Part shown: piece by piece, positions 1 to 12,036 of the stretch
Position numbering within the stretch: the stretch's first letter is position 1
How the letters are laid out: each line of letters begins with the position of its first letter
Source: Candidatus Parcubacteria bacterium
Lineage (GTDB): Bacteria; Patescibacteriota; Minisyncoccia; Phycocordibacterales; PALSA-1337
Length of the DNA stretch: 57,946 nucleotides
Direction of reading: 5' to 3'
Assembly: GCA_028286835.1 (NCBI GenBank)
Contig: JAQBQT010000011.1
Span: 71,246 to 129,191 of the forward strand
The notes under the pieces: generated by a model
What the model was told of the DNA's origin: nothing
Database searches by the model: none
The model's input: only the letters and a program-made list of their open reading frames with translations
Program-made: the position numbers and the translations under genes

Positions 1-46
1 TGCGGGCCAGAGTGGCGAGATGCTCGAGGTCTTTGACGGTTATCAT
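1..46 (-). CDS. gatC: Asp/Glu-tRNA amidotransferase subunit C, N-terminus only (runs off the window)
   Basis: Manual translation from ATG at 46 gives MITVKDLEHLATLAR, matching the GatC N-terminal pattern (M-I-T-x-x-D/E-V/L-x-H-L-A-x-L-A-R). Lies downstream of ligA on the same strand. Not in the ORF track. Confidence 0.8.
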   Translation of the reverse strand, partial: MITVKDLEHLATLAR

Positions 47-286
47 GAATGTGAGTCTAGCAATAAGCGAGGGTCTCGGCAATTACCTCGATAAGAGCCC
101 GAGGATCAATAGAACGATCGCGGTGGGAGGAAATCGATGTCGGAATGAACAGGATTTTTTATTTACAAACAATAGAAAATGTGTTTTAAAATGCCCAGTA
201 TCTGCAACGTAGTTTGAAATATTTCATCATAGTATTACAACATACCTGTCAATAAATTTTTCTGTACTGACCGACATCGCTTTGCT

Positions 287-2317
<2,031 letters not shown>

Positions 2318-2324
2318 TCACATC

Positions 2325-2912
2325 CTATCCCTTTTTCGTCAATCGGAGGGCGCGTTCTACGGTCGTCGGACTCGATGTATCAGGGCCTGCGCTCGAAGTG
2401 CAGTGATTGTAGCCTCGGGAATCGAATATCATGTAATGGTTGCCTGAGGAGTCAAAACCGTCGTAGAGCGTGACCACGGCGCAGGTGCCATTGGCCAGAT
2501 TGAAGTTGAGCGTATTCGGCGTCTGGTAGACCTTATTGACGCCGCTCACCAAGAATGGAGGATATCCAGAAGACGCCAAGACGAACGGGCCGACGGTCAC
2601 GGTCTGGCTGACGCCGTTCAGCGAACCGCATGTCACCGTTGCTCCGGTCGTGCTTGAGATCGTTCCCCCATTCTCACCTGAATATGCTGCGCTCGCGCAT
2701 TCGATGCCCGTGTCGGCTGCATAGAAAGAATAGATGGAGTTGCGGGCGGACGCGGAGAGCTCGTACTGCTTAGTCGCCACAGAAAGGATGAAGACGGCGA
2801 CGCCAAGCACGAGGGCGGCAGTCAGAACCGCAAAAAGCAACGTGTAGCCGTTCTGGAAGGATCTTCGGGTGAGGCGCTGTGGTGTGAGATGATTCATATT
2901 ATCGCGTGGCAT
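2325..2912 (-). CDS. PilX-like minor pilin / pilus assembly protein
   Basis: GYTLLFAVL hydrophobic N-terminal helix lacking Glu5, followed by SFYAADTGIECA (PilX N-terminal pattern). Last gene of the minor pilin run. Confidence 0.7.
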   Translation of the reverse strand: MPRDNMNHLTPQRLTRRSFQNGYTLLFAVLTAALVLGVAVFILSVATKQYELSASARNSIYSFYAADTGIECASAAYSGENGGTISSTTGATVTCGSLNGVSQTVTVGPFVLASSGYPPFLVSGVNKVYQTPNTLNFNLANGTCAVVTLYDGFDSSGNHYMIFDSRGYNHCTSSAGPDTSSPTTVERALRLTKKG

Positions 2913-3432
2913 TTAGAAGCTCGGTTGATGATAATACCTGGTATGACACCGTTCCCTCGGTCCATTCCACCACCACGGTCAGCACACATTCGGCATCGCC
3001 AGCACCGCAGGGATTTCTTCCATCCTCATCGGCCATATAGAAATAGCGCGTGAAAGGAGTGTCGGATCCCGTGCTGCCATGATTGTAGTAATTTCCTGAA
3101 GTGAGCTTGAGCCGATAAGGGTTCGTAGCGCCTCCTGTAGCCACAGTGACTGTATCAATGGCGCTTGCGTCACAGTATGCGGAAGCATTGCAGCCCGAAA
3201 ATCCTGTGAGCCACAGATCGCCAGCAGCCAGATTGTTGTCGCGAAGATTCTTGATGACTTCGATGCTTTCCTGTGCGAGATATGAAGCGATCATCTGATC
3301 CCTTGAGGCCAGCGCGCCAGTAAGGCCCTTCGAGGCAATGGATAACGGGCCTGCGATCGCGATCATGAGAACGGTGATCGCGACGAGCGTCTCGACAATA
3401 GTGAATCCTTTTTGTGCGTTGATTTTCTTCAT
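2899..3432 (-). CDS. Type IV minor pilin (PilV-like)
   Basis: KG/FTIVETLVAITVLMIAIAG class III signal peptide. Start moved to the ATG of MKKINAQKG. Confidence 0.85.
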   Translation of the reverse strand: MKKINAQKGFTIVETLVAITVLMIAIAGPLSIASKGLTGALASRDQMIASYLAQESIEVIKNLRDNNLAAGDLWLTGFSGCNASAYCDASAIDTVTVATGGATNPYRLKLTSGNYYNHGSTGSDTPFTRYFYMADEDGRNPCGAGDAECVLTVVVEWTEGTVSYQVLSSTELLNATR

Positions 3433-3436
3433 GGAT

Positions 3437-4075
3437 TTATGGGGTTCGCAATGAGACTGCTGACTGCACATTGAAGTATGTCTTCACCTGTTCGCGCGCG
3501 CCCGCGTATCCGGACAAGCTCACAAAGACCAACGGGAATGTCGAGGCGGAGGTACCGAGCTGGTAATTCGTCAAGACAACATTTGCGGGGGCGATAGGCG
3601 CAAACGAGGCGGAATTGAAGGTATCTGCGCAATGGTTGCCTTTTGTCTTCTGCGCAGCCTTGCTCAATTGGTATGTACCATCGGAATTAGTTGTGAAGAG
3701 GTACGCGTATATCAGGCGGCACGGAGGATTCGAGGTGTAATCCGTATTTGCGGATTTAAAAATGATGAGCTGATTGTGCCCAGCCGAAGCGCATGCCTGT
3801 GCCGTATATGTCGTCGGGTTGGCAAGGGCTCCTGTAGAGGTCGTTTCGCAGCGGATAGTAGAACCCGTTCTCAACTCGCGAGACATCGCTTCGAGAGCGA
3901 AAGAGAGACCAACGACCGCGTCCTGGGTCGTCTGGGCTTTTTTATTCGCATCGACGATCTTGACCAGGGCAGCAAGCGCGACCACTGCGACGATCGAGAA
4001 AATCATAAGGGATACGATGATCTCGATGAGGGTGAAGCCGCGATTATGCTGGGTGCGAAGAGCGCTCATATTCAT
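3437..4075 (-). CDS. Type IV minor pilin (PilW-like)
   Basis: RG/FTLIEIIVSLMIFSIV prepilin motif. ATGA overlap with the upstream gene. Confidence 0.85.
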   Translation of the reverse strand: MNMSALRTQHNRGFTLIEIIVSLMIFSIVAVVALAALVKIVDANKKAQTTQDAVVGLSFALEAMSRELRTGSTIRCETTSTGALANPTTYTAQACASAGHNQLIIFKSANTDYTSNPPCRLIYAYLFTTNSDGTYQLSKAAQKTKGNHCADTFNSASFAPIAPANVVLTNYQLGTSASTFPLVFVSLSGYAGAREQVKTYFNVQSAVSLRTP

Positions 4076-4701
4076 TGGGTTTTGACCGATATCTGGCCGT
4101 TCTCGCGGATAGCTATGGTGCGGGTGCTGCCGTCCGTTCCCACGATGATGACTTCCGCATATGTATAGCAGGAAGACGCAGAGCCGTTCGCGCAGATCTT
4201 GGCATCAGGATTCGGGCGGACGAAGGAGACGTCGAGCTGGGTTATGTTATAGAAGGCACAAGTGGATCCGCTCCCGACGCAGATGCCCGAGCCTGCCCCG
4301 CTCTTTGTGGGAGCGATAGTGGCTCCCCGCGTTATGGAGTAAGTCGTAAGAGCACCGTCGCTGGAGCCGCATATGCCATCGGGCGCGCCGGCAGGAAATG
4401 CATCGGCATACAGGATGATATGCTTGTTATTCGACGTGACTGTGCCGCATGAGATGCCTCCTGGGCTGGTGCTGAAATCGATGGCATACGGCTGGCCGAA
4501 GGAATTGGCCGCGCCCGTATTCTTCACGCTCAATCCATAATTCTGGGCGGTATGGAGAGCGAGAGCGATATCGTATGCGGTGTCAGTGAGGAGGGTGCTC
4601 TGATTGAAGTTGCCGTATTTGGCCACGACCAAAGCCGTCATCGCGGCGAAGATGCCGATGGAGACTACGAGCTCGAGGATTGTAAAACCGCGATTCATCA
4701 C
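4072..4701 (-). CDS. Type IV minor pilin (FimT/GspH-like)
   Basis: RG/FTILELVVSIGIFA prepilin motif and C-terminal RTIAIRENGQI strand typical of FimT/GspH. Confidence 0.85.
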   Translation of the reverse strand: MMNRGFTILELVVSIGIFAAMTALVVAKYGNFNQSTLLTDTAYDIALALHTAQNYGLSVKNTGAANSFGQPYAIDFSTSPGGISCGTVTSNNKHIILYADAFPAGAPDGICGSSDGALTTYSITRGATIAPTKSGAGSGICVGSGSTCAFYNITQLDVSFVRPNPDAKICANGSASSCYTYAEVIIVGTDGSTRTIAIRENGQISVKTQ

Positions 4702-5510
4702 CTACTAGTATACCCGAAAAGGCTGATAAGCGTATTCACATCTATCACCCGTATGCCCGTGAGCAAGACGAGGTACATGGCAAGAATGAGATAGGGGCCG
4801 AATGGGATGGCGATTTTATGCTTGTACCGCTTGTACGTGATGATCATCCAGGCTATGCCGAATGCGGCGCCGATCCAGAATGCGAGGACGATCGCATTCA
4901 CTCCCGCGCTCATGCCGAGAATCCAGCCGATGCCCAGAGCGAGCTTCGCGTCCCCCAATCCCATCCATGTGCCGCGCGATGCCGCCCACAGGAGAGCGAA
5001 CGGCAGAGCAAGGGCAGGCCCGGCAAGAAGCGTGGCGAGGTGCGGCGCATGATAAAGCGCAGGCCCGCCGACAAAAACACTGAGGAGCGCCACGGCATCA
5101 AAGGCGTAGACGAAGGGATCGGGGATGATCTGGTGCTTGGCGTCATACGCTGCGATGACGACCAGGAGGCACGCTGTCAGAAGATATATGACAGTCGATA
5201 CAGCTGCCATAAGCGTTACCGGAGGAAACTTGATCAGTATGAGCGCAAAGACGCAGCCCGCGATGAACTCGACGAGCGGATACTGCCATGAGATCTTGCT
5301 TTTGCATTTCCTGCAGGCTCCCCGCAGGAACAGGAAGCTGAACAGCGGGATGAGCTCCATCCATCGGAGCGTCTTGCCGCAGGACATGCACATGGACCTG
5401 CCGCCTATCCCCTTCCCCGTATTGAAGCGCAGCGAGACGACATTGAGAAAGCTGCCGACGATCGTGCCGAAGATGAACGCGAAGACCGCCAGGAATGCCA
5501 GCTCTTGCAT
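4698..5510 (-). CDS. pilD: Prepilin peptidase (A24 family)
   Basis: GSFLNVV, RSMCMSCG...CRKCK zinc motifs, catalytic DAKHQIIPD and GLGDAKL aspartates, multiple TM helices. Confidence 0.95.
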   Translation of the reverse strand: MQELAFLAVFAFIFGTIVGSFLNVVSLRFNTGKGIGGRSMCMSCGKTLRWMELIPLFSFLFLRGACRKCKSKISWQYPLVEFIAGCVFALILIKFPPVTLMAAVSTVIYLLTACLLVVIAAYDAKHQIIPDPFVYAFDAVALLSVFVGGPALYHAPHLATLLAGPALALPFALLWAASRGTWMGLGDAKLALGIGWILGMSAGVNAIVLAFWIGAAFGIAWMIITYKRYKHKIAIPFGPYLILAMYLVLLTGIRVIDVNTLISLFGYTSR

Positions 5511-5516
5511 CGGGGG

Positions 5517-6077
5517 TTAATTCGGACCTACGCAATAGTCGACCGATGTGAGCGCGTTGCTGCAGTTGCTGTATGGAGGCGAGTTCGCAGCCTGCGACCA
5601 GCCGTTCGGAGCGGTATTCTGGGAGCTCGAAGGATCGGAAATGGAGGAAGCCGCAAGGCCTTTAGCGACAGCGGCATTCGGTGACTCAAGCTTGGCATGG
5701 AGGACGTAATTGACCCTCAGTCCAGTCGAAGTGATGCGGTAATATGTATAATCGTATGCGGCCTGGCTTGCACCGGCAGGAGGAACTGGGATTTGAGCGA
5801 TGTAGGTTCCGAGCGTCACGCCTGACGGGCATTTGGTGCTCGTCATCGTGGTCGCGAGAGTGGCCCCCGTAGGATATTCGCCGCAGCGATCCATGAAAAG
5901 CGCCAAGGCTAGCTGGAGCTGAGCCAGATCTGAAACGCGCTGAGCATCGCGAGCTTTGCCGCGCGATCCCGAAAGGTTTTTCAGGATTATTCCAGTAAGA
6001 AGGACGATTATGGTGATGACTACCAGCAGCTCCACGATAGTGAATCCCCGAGTCCTAGCCTGTGTGTAATATTTCAT
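5517..6077 (-). CDS. Type IV pilin / GspG-like pseudopilin
   Basis: RG/FTIVELLVVITII, ARDAQRVSDLAQLQLAL helix, C-terminal Cys pair. Confidence 0.9.
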   Translation of the reverse strand: MKYYTQARTRGFTIVELLVVITIIVLLTGIILKNLSGSRGKARDAQRVSDLAQLQLALALFMDRCGEYPTGATLATTMTSTKCPSGVTLGTYIAQIPVPPAGASQAAYDYTYYRITSTGLRVNYVLHAKLESPNAAVAKGLAASSISDPSSSQNTAPNGWSQAANSPPYSNCSNALTSVDYCVGPN

Positions 6078-6127
6078 ATATGCCTGGAATTATACCAGAA
6101 CCGCGCACATTAGGCCTACCACACCTG

Positions 6128-8515
6128 TCATATCTTATGCACGCTGAAGAGGAGGAAGCCGGACTGTTCATCGTACAATTCAAGCTTGAAATGCGGATTA
6201 TTCGACAGGATATAGCCGAATGTGCGGTAGTCCTTGGAAGTCACGACATAGGAGGCGTGGAAATCCTCCAGAAGGCTTTGGGCTATCTTGTCCCCTTCCG
6301 TCTTTGCCCAGAGCTTTGTCGAAGTCGCCTGACGGAATGCCACGCGCTCCTGGGAGGATAGCTGAGGGCATGACTGATCTGCGCATACATATCCATCGTT
6401 CGCTATGTGGACCGACTTCCAGTACAGGCCTTTGTTGTATTCGTACATGAATCGCGGCTCAAGCCCCGAGCTGTAATAATCCTTCGGGCTCCAGTAATAG
6501 AGCTGAGGGAACCAGCTCCAGTTGGCTTCGAAAACGATGTCGCCAGGCTTCGAATTCCTGTCGAGCCAGCTTCCAACCTGATAGAACGAGAATGCCGATT
6601 GGCTGTAGCCGAGCTTCTGCTGAAGGAACAGCATGTTGCTCGCGAAGAGATACACGAGGACGATGGTGAGACCCGTCGCAAGGCTCCTTCTGATGAGGTC
6701 GGCACCCGTGACCTTGATAAGCCTACGCGCATAGTCGAACGAGAGCGCGATATAGAGCGCCGCGAAGAACGTGAAGTAGTCGCCGAAGCGCGCGCTCATG
6801 GTGATGGTCGAAAGGAAGAATCCTGCGGTGAGGACGAGCACGCTCGTCTGCAGATGCCTGCGCGCTTCCGGAAGCCCGGCGAAATAATCCGCGACCGGAG
6901 ACTGGTGCCATCTGTACCCTATGTAGCTATAGATATCGACGGAGAGCGCCGTCACGAATGCGGCGAATATGATGGCGTTGCCCTGGATGAAGTTGAAGAA
7001 GTCGGTCGGATACAGCTCTCCCCCCTCGCTTATAGCGACCTTCTTGCCGATGATGGTCTCCCAGTAGATCTTGACTAGCGTGTCCCAGATGAAGACGATG
7101 AAGCCGCCGGATCCGGATACCAGATATGTCGCAAGGATGGCAGCGACCGTGCCGAGAATGGCCGCGACGAGGTTCTTCCAGTCTGCCTTCTGGCGATAGA
7201 AAAGCTCTATAACATAGTAGACGAGGGCGACACAGACAGGCATGAAGAAGGTCGAGCTGTGCCAGAAGAGATACGCGAAGGAGAGCGCGAAGACGGCCCA
7301 GTGCTTCCTGCGGTAGAGGAAGTACAGAAGGAGGAGCAGGAGCGACGGAGCGAGCGCGTACGGGCGCGACAGGAAGAAGCGCCAGACTGAGTTGACGTTG
7401 GTTATGGCGAGGGTGAGCATGGTCCACACGAAGGGATTCCTGATGGAGAACTGCCTGAGGCACCAATAGAGGAGGGTGAACGCGCCGGCGGCTATGAAGA
7501 CCGCATAGAGCTTGATGCCGAGGAACAGCGGCGCGATGAATGTGAACGGCAGGACGACCAGATAGAACAGGAAGTTATAGTACATGAAGTAATCATTCCC
7601 CTGCGCCATGTTGGAGAAGTAGATGGCCTTGAAATTCTGGAATGAGCCGAAGAAGCCGTTATGCCACATCTCCTGCGCGAAGCGGAAATGGAAGAAGTGG
7701 TCGTCCCCGCTCGACAGCGTGCTCACGGAAAAGTACACCGCAAAGAATACGGCGAAAGTCAGTGCGAAAGTCAGGAATACCGGCATCCAGGTGAGCCGCG
7801 ACGGCATGGTATCGGCGATAAAGAGCGTCACGATGCGCGAGAAGCAGCGCCATCCCTGTCGCCAGTCCATCTTCTTGCCTTCCTCATTGCCTCTCGGCTC
7901 ATACCGTATCGGCACTTCGATCACTGCGCCCTTCTTGACGAGAGCATGCGACAGCTCGATGACATCGTATACGAAGTCGTTGCTGGGCAGCGCCAGCAAT
8001 TCAGCACCATACGATCGCGGGAAGACCTTATAGCATGTGGCGACGTCCGTCAGCTTCGTCCTGAAGAAAAAATTGAATACGCGCGTGATGAGGAGGCCGC
8101 CATAGTAGTAGATCCTCTTCAGGGACACCTTGTTCATGCCAAGCGTCCGGGAGCCGAACACCACGAATGTGGACCCTGAAACGATGGGTGCCAGGAGCGC
8201 CTTGTAGTCTGCTGGATCATATTCGAGATCTGCGTCCTGTATGAGGACGTAATCGCCCGTGGCGACCTTGAGCCCCTCCTTGAGAGCGGCTCCCTTGCCT
8301 CCGTTCACTGCGCACGAGACGACCGTGCAGCCTTCGATGCCGGCGAGTATCTCGCGGGTGCCGTCGCTCGAACCGTCATCGACGACGATCATCTCCTTGC
8401 TCCAGCCTGGTGGCAGCGGCGCGGCGATCACGCGCTCGAGCACCTTCCGGATAGTCTTGCTTTCGTTAAAAACGGGAATTACAACCGATACTTTCTTTCC
8501 TGTTATATCCGACAT
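6128..8515 (-). CDS. Fusion of an N-terminal GT2 (polyprenol-phosphate glycosyltransferase, DPM1-like) and a C-terminal multi-TM GT-C-like domain
   Basis: [44 protein letters not shown] (GT2). Followed by about 12 hydrophobic segments with a GDDHFFHFR loop and a soluble tail with [21 protein letters not shown]. Start set to ATG 8515 (MSDITGKK). Confidence 0.8.
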   Translation of the reverse strand: MSDITGKKVSVVIPVFNESKTIRKVLERVIAAPLPPGWSKEMIVVDDGSSDGTREILAGIEGCTVVSCAVNGGKGAALKEGLKVATGDYVLIQDADLEYDPADYKALLAPIVSGSTFVVFGSRTLGMNKVSLKRIYYYGGLLITRVFNFFFRTKLTDVATCYKVFPRSYGAELLALPSNDFVYDVIELSHALVKKGAVIEVPIRYEPRGNEEGKKMDWRQGWRCFSRIVTLFIADTMPSRLTWMPVFLTFALTFAVFFAVYFSVSTLSSGDDHFFHFRFAQEMWHNGFFGSFQNFKAIYFSNMAQGNDYFMYYNFLFYLVVLPFTFIAPLFLGIKLYAVFIAAGAFTLLYWCLRQFSIRNPFVWTMLTLAITNVNSVWRFFLSRPYALAPSLLLLLLYFLYRRKHWAVFALSFAYLFWHSSTFFMPVCVALVYYVIELFYRQKADWKNLVAAILGTVAAILATYLVSGSGGFIVFIWDTLVKIYWETIIGKKVAISEGGELYPTDFFNFIQGNAIIFAAFVTALSVDIYSYIGYRWHQSPVADYFAGLPEARRHLQTSVLVLTAGFFLSTITMSARFGDYFTFFAALYIALSFDYARRLIKVTGADLIRRSLATGLTIVLVYLFASNMLFLQQKLGYSQSAFSFYQVGSWLDRNSKPGDIVFEANWSWFPQLYYWSPKDYYSSGLEPRFMYEYNKGLYWKSVHIANDGYVCADQSCPQLSSQERVAFRQATSTKLWAKTEGDKIAQSLLEDFHASYVVTSKDYRTFGYILSNNPHFKLELYDEQSGFLLFSVHKI

Positions 8516-8542
8516 AGAGCACAATGTAGCATCTCCGGCCCC

Positions 8543-8579
8543 AAAAACAAAACCCCCGACCAGGAGGCAGGGGGTTTTG
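8543..8579 (-). terminator. Intrinsic terminator after the tandem pilins
   Basis: Minus strand CAAAACCCCC-TGCCTCCTGGTC-GGGGGTTTTG followed by TTTTT. Confidence 0.8.
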
Positions 8580-8596
8580 CGAATGTTCCGTAAGAA

Positions 8597-9073
8597 CTAG
8601 TTACAACCGGCTACGCCGTTGCTGTTGACAACATCACTCTGATTCGTCTTGCCTGTGGAATCTATGCAGAAGTACGTGGATGCATTCGACTTCATCCTGC
8701 CGCGAATAGCATATCCCGTATTGTTTGGAGCGACAGCAACGAAAAGCGCACCTCCTTGGTTGGTCGCGTCTGCATTGAGCTGGTTCAAAGCTGTGAAGTC
8801 AGGTCCTGTAGTAAGGACACATGTTGCAAACGTTGCCGCGCTGGTGTTGCTAGCAATACACGTTCCAGCTCCGTTCAGGTCAGGGTAACCAAGACCATTG
8901 AAACCAGATTCAATGGCCGTCCTTGCCTGCTGGACATCGGAGATGATGCGAGTGTCGCTGCCCTTGGCGCGAGCCGAATTGAGGGAGACGAGCACGATGG
9001 ACGCCAAGATACCGATGATGGCGATGACGACGAGCAATTCGATAAGAGTGAAACCACGAGTGAGCTTTTTCAT
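8597..9073 (-). CDS. Type IV major pilin candidate A
   Basis: RG/FTLIELLVVIAIIGILASIVL motif, four Cys, own terminator. Confidence 0.92.
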   Translation of the reverse strand: MKKLTRGFTLIELLVVIAIIGILASIVLVSLNSARAKGSDTRIISDVQQARTAIESGFNGLGYPDLNGAGTCIASNTSAATFATCVLTTGPDFTALNQLNADATNQGGALFVAVAPNNTGYAIRGRMKSNASTYFCIDSTGKTNQSDVVNSNGVAGCN

Positions 9074-9212
9074 AAATACGTTACTTTATATGTTTATTAT
9101 TAAACGCGTGACCAGCGATCTTTTGTCCATCTTGTAATGGGTTGCGCTAATTATAGCACTCCATATATTTCGCCTTTTACCGGCTGTGGATAACAATTAG
9201 TAGCTGCCCAAC

Positions 9213-9710
9213 TTAGTTACAACCTGCTACGCCTTTGCTATTAACAACATCGTTCTGATTCGTCTTGCCTGTCGAATCGACGCAGAAGTATATACTTGAA
9301 TTCGAAGAAAGTTTGCCCCTTATAGCATATGAAGTGTTGTTTGATCCATTTTGACCGACAGCAACAAGAATGGCACCTCCTTGGTTGGCCGCGTCTGCAT
9401 TGAGTTGGTTCAAGACTGTGAAGTCAGGTCCTGTCGTAAGGATACATGTTCCAAACGGTGCAGTACTCGTGTTGCTAGCAATACAGGTTCCGGTTCCATT
9501 CAGGTCAGGAAATCCGAAGCCGTTGAAACCGGATTCAAGAGCTGTTCTTGCCTGCTGGACATCGGAGATGATGCGGGCATCCTTGCCTTTGTTCCTCGCT
9601 GAGTTGAGAGAGACGAGGACGATAGAGGCGAGAAGGCCGATGATGGCGATAACGACGAGCAATTCGATAAGAGTGAAACCTTTGGTAAATGCGCTGGTAA
9701 GTTTTTTCAT
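9213..9710 (-). CDS. Type IV major pilin candidate B (paralog of A)
   Basis: KG/FTLIELLVVIAIIGLLASIVL motif. About 27 differences from pilin A over 152 aligned residues. Start at ATG 9710 with TATAAT 10 nt upstream. Confidence 0.92.
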   Translation of the reverse strand: MKKLTSAFTKGFTLIELLVVIAIIGLLASIVLVSLNSARNKGKDARIISDVQQARTALESGFNGFGFPDLNGTGTCIASNTSTAPFGTCILTTGPDFTVLNQLNADAANQGGAILVAVGQNGSNNTSYAIRGKLSSNSSIYFCVDSTGKTNQNDVVNSKGVAGCN

Positions 9711-9751
9711 ATGTGTGCTAATTATACTCGAGTGATAATAATGCGGCAATC

Positions 9752-10966
9752 CTAGCTTGTGGATGAAGCTATGCTATAGATCGGCACAAGGACGGCGGCG
9801 AGCAATACGGCCACGCCGGCGCCGAGGCCTACGATCATGGCCGGTTCGATGAGCGACACGAGAGAATCGACAGCCACTGACACCTCCCTATTATAGAAAT
9901 TGGACATGGTCTTCAGGATCTCGCCGACTTCGCCGGCCTCCTCGCCGACCTTCATCATCTGGATCATGATGCCCGGCACTTCCCTGCGGTTGCCGTCGAG
10001 CGACTCGGAAAGCGTCTTGCCTCCCTTCACGGATTCCGTCGCATCATTCAGGATCTGCTGGTACACCTTGTTATCGATGACGGCGGACGTGAGCTGGAGT
10101 GCCTGCACCATTGGGATGCCGGATGAAAGCATCGTATTCATGTTATCCGCGAAGCGGGAGAGGTAGAGCTTCTTGAAGAGAGTATTCACGTACGGGATCT
10201 CGAGCTTGAAGCTGTCGAAGGCTATCTTGCCCCGCGGCGTGCGGATGAAACGGACCAGGAAAAAGCCTGCGACGATGAGCGCGGCAAAAAGGATGAAGCC
10301 GTAGGAGACCAGGAAGTTGCTGATGCCGATGATGACTTTTGTATATACGGGAATGGTCGCGCCGGATTCGAGGAGGATAGGCGTTATCTTCGGGATGACC
10401 ATGGTGAACATGAGGATCATGACCACCACGAACGTGGCGATGACGAAGGCCGGATAGATAAGGGCTCCGCGGACCTTGGAGGTGAGCTCATAGGCGCGGT
10501 CGAGGTAGTCGGCGAGATAAAGGAACGTATCATTGAGCTTGCCTGACTCTTCGCCGGCCTTCACCATGTTCACATAAAAATCAGAGAAGACCTTGGGATG
10601 CTTGGAGAGGGCCTGCGAGATGGAGCTTCCGGCCTGGAGATCGTCGGCGACGACCGCGAGCTTGGATGAAAGGGCGTGATTCTCCGTTTCCGCGCCGAGA
10701 AGGCGGAAGACGCGCAGCGCCGAGATCTGTGCTTCGAAGAGGGTCGAGAGCTGGCGGGACAGGATGACGATGTCCTTCGTCGAAACGCGCTCGAAGAAGC
10801 TGATGTTCATCGACAGGAACGAGCCGCTCTTGCCTGCTTCCTTGACGGAGGTGAGGGCCAGGCCGCGGCGCTGGAGCGAAGAGATCGCGATGTCCACATT
10901 CACGGCATCGATGGAGCCGGTCTTCTTGGCTCCTGTCGTGTCTACGGCTTCATAGTTGAAGAGCAT
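9752..10966 (-). CDS. pilC: Type IV pilus platform protein (T2SSF family)
   Basis: ILSRQLSTLFEA, GEESGKL, ALIYPAFV, MMKVGEEAG, LIEPAMIV. Confidence 0.95.
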   Translation of the reverse strand: MLFNYEAVDTTGAKKTGSIDAVNVDIAISSLQRRGLALTSVKEAGKSGSFLSMNISFFERVSTKDIVILSRQLSTLFEAQISALRVFRLLGAETENHALSSKLAVVADDLQAGSSISQALSKHPKVFSDFYVNMVKAGEESGKLNDTFLYLADYLDRAYELTSKVRGALIYPAFVIATFVVVMILMFTMVIPKITPILLESGATIPVYTKVIIGISNFLVSYGFILFAALIVAGFFLVRFIRTPRGKIAFDSFKLEIPYVNTLFKKLYLSRFADNMNTMLSSGIPMVQALQLTSAVIDNKVYQQILNDATESVKGGKTLSESLDGNRREVPGIMIQMMKVGEEAGEVGEILKTMSNFYNREVSVAVDSLVSLIEPAMIVGLGAGVAVLLAAVLVPIYSIASSTS

Positions 10967-10973
10967 GGCAATA

Positions 10974-12032
10974 TTATATCATCCTCTCGAGCACTTTCGC
11001 ATTCATGGAATTGGTATAAGCGTTCTCTACGGTGATCTCCCCTGCGCGCACGAGCTCGGCAAGAGAGCGGTTGAGGTCGATCATGCCTTCCTGGGAGGAC
11101 GTTTCGATGACGGTGTCTATCTCATGGATGCGGTTCTCACGGATGAGGTTCGAAACGGCGTTATTATTGATGAGGAGCTCGTAGGCCGGAATGAGTCCAC
11201 CAGAAATGCGCGGAATGAGGCGCTGGGAGAATATTCCCGTCATGGAGCCGGCGAGCTGGATGCGGATCTGAGCCTGCTGATCGGCCGGGAATGAGTCGAT
11301 GATGCGGTTTATGGTCTGCGCAGCGTTGTTGGTATGCAAAGTCGACAAGATGAGGTGGCCTGTCTCAGCGGCAGTGACGGCCGTCGATATCGTCGTGATG
11401 TCGCGCATCTCGCCCACCATACAGACGTTGATATCCTCGCGGAACATGGAAACGAGGGCGGCCTCGAATGACGGCGTGTCTATGCGCACTTCGCGCTGGT
11501 CGATGATGGATTTCTTGGAATCGAATTGGAACTCGATCGGGTCTTCGATGGTGAGGATGTGCTCGGTCCTGGTCTGATTGATGATCTCGACCAGGGTCGC
11601 GAGAGTGGTCGTCTTTCCCTGTCCGATCGGACCCACCACCAGGAAGAAGCCCTGCGGCTTTCTGGTGAAGCTCTCGAGGATGGGCGGGAGATTGAGCTCA
11701 TTCAGCGTGCGGATGACCTTCGGGATGAGACGGAGCGCGATGGAGAGCGCGCCCTGGCGATAAAAGACGTTGCCGCGGAATCGGGCCTGCGTCACTGCGT
11801 ATGAAAAATCAGTATCCTTGTTAGCCTTGAGGAGCACTTTGCTTTCCGGCGTGAGGAAGGCGTCTACGAAGCCGAGCATGTCATGTTCGGAGAGGACTGA
11901 CTTCTTGACCAGCGGGATGAGGTTCCCCGTCACGCGGATGATGGGCGGGCGGCCCGTCGCAAGATGGAGATCGGATGCTCCTTCTTTGATCACCAGATTC
12001 ACCAAGTCGTCGATCTCTTTTTTGTAGTCCAT
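10974..12032 (-). CDS. pilT: Type IV pilus retraction ATPase
   Basis: ASDLHL, GPIGQGKTTT Walker A, TIEDPIE, QREV, VGEMRD, AAETGHLILSTLHTN. Confidence 0.95.
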   Translation of the reverse strand: MDYKKEIDDLVNLVIKEGASDLHLATGRPPIIRVTGNLIPLVKKSVLSEHDMLGFVDAFLTPESKVLLKANKDTDFSYAVTQARFRGNVFYRQGALSIALRLIPKVIRTLNELNLPPILESFTRKPQGFFLVVGPIGQGKTTTLATLVEIINQTRTEHILTIEDPIEFQFDSKKSIIDQREVRIDTPSFEAALVSMFREDINVCMVGEMRDITTISTAVTAAETGHLILSTLHTNNAAQTINRIIDSFPADQQAQIRIQLAGSMTGIFSQRLIPRISGGLIPAYELLINNNAVSNLIRENRIHEIDTVIETSSQEGMIDLNRSLAELVRAGEITVENAYTNSMNAKVLERMI

Positions 12033-12036
12033 GGGA

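Noticed and set aside
47-286. ORF 12..212 or a small membrane gene in the gatC-ligA spacer
   Set aside because: No frame gives a convincing start, motif or codon pattern. It is treated as AT-rich intergenic DNA.
9185-9193. Perfect DnaA box (TGTGGATAA) between the two pilins
   Set aside because: It is a single box with no cluster, no DUE and no dnaA nearby, so it is not evidence for oriC.
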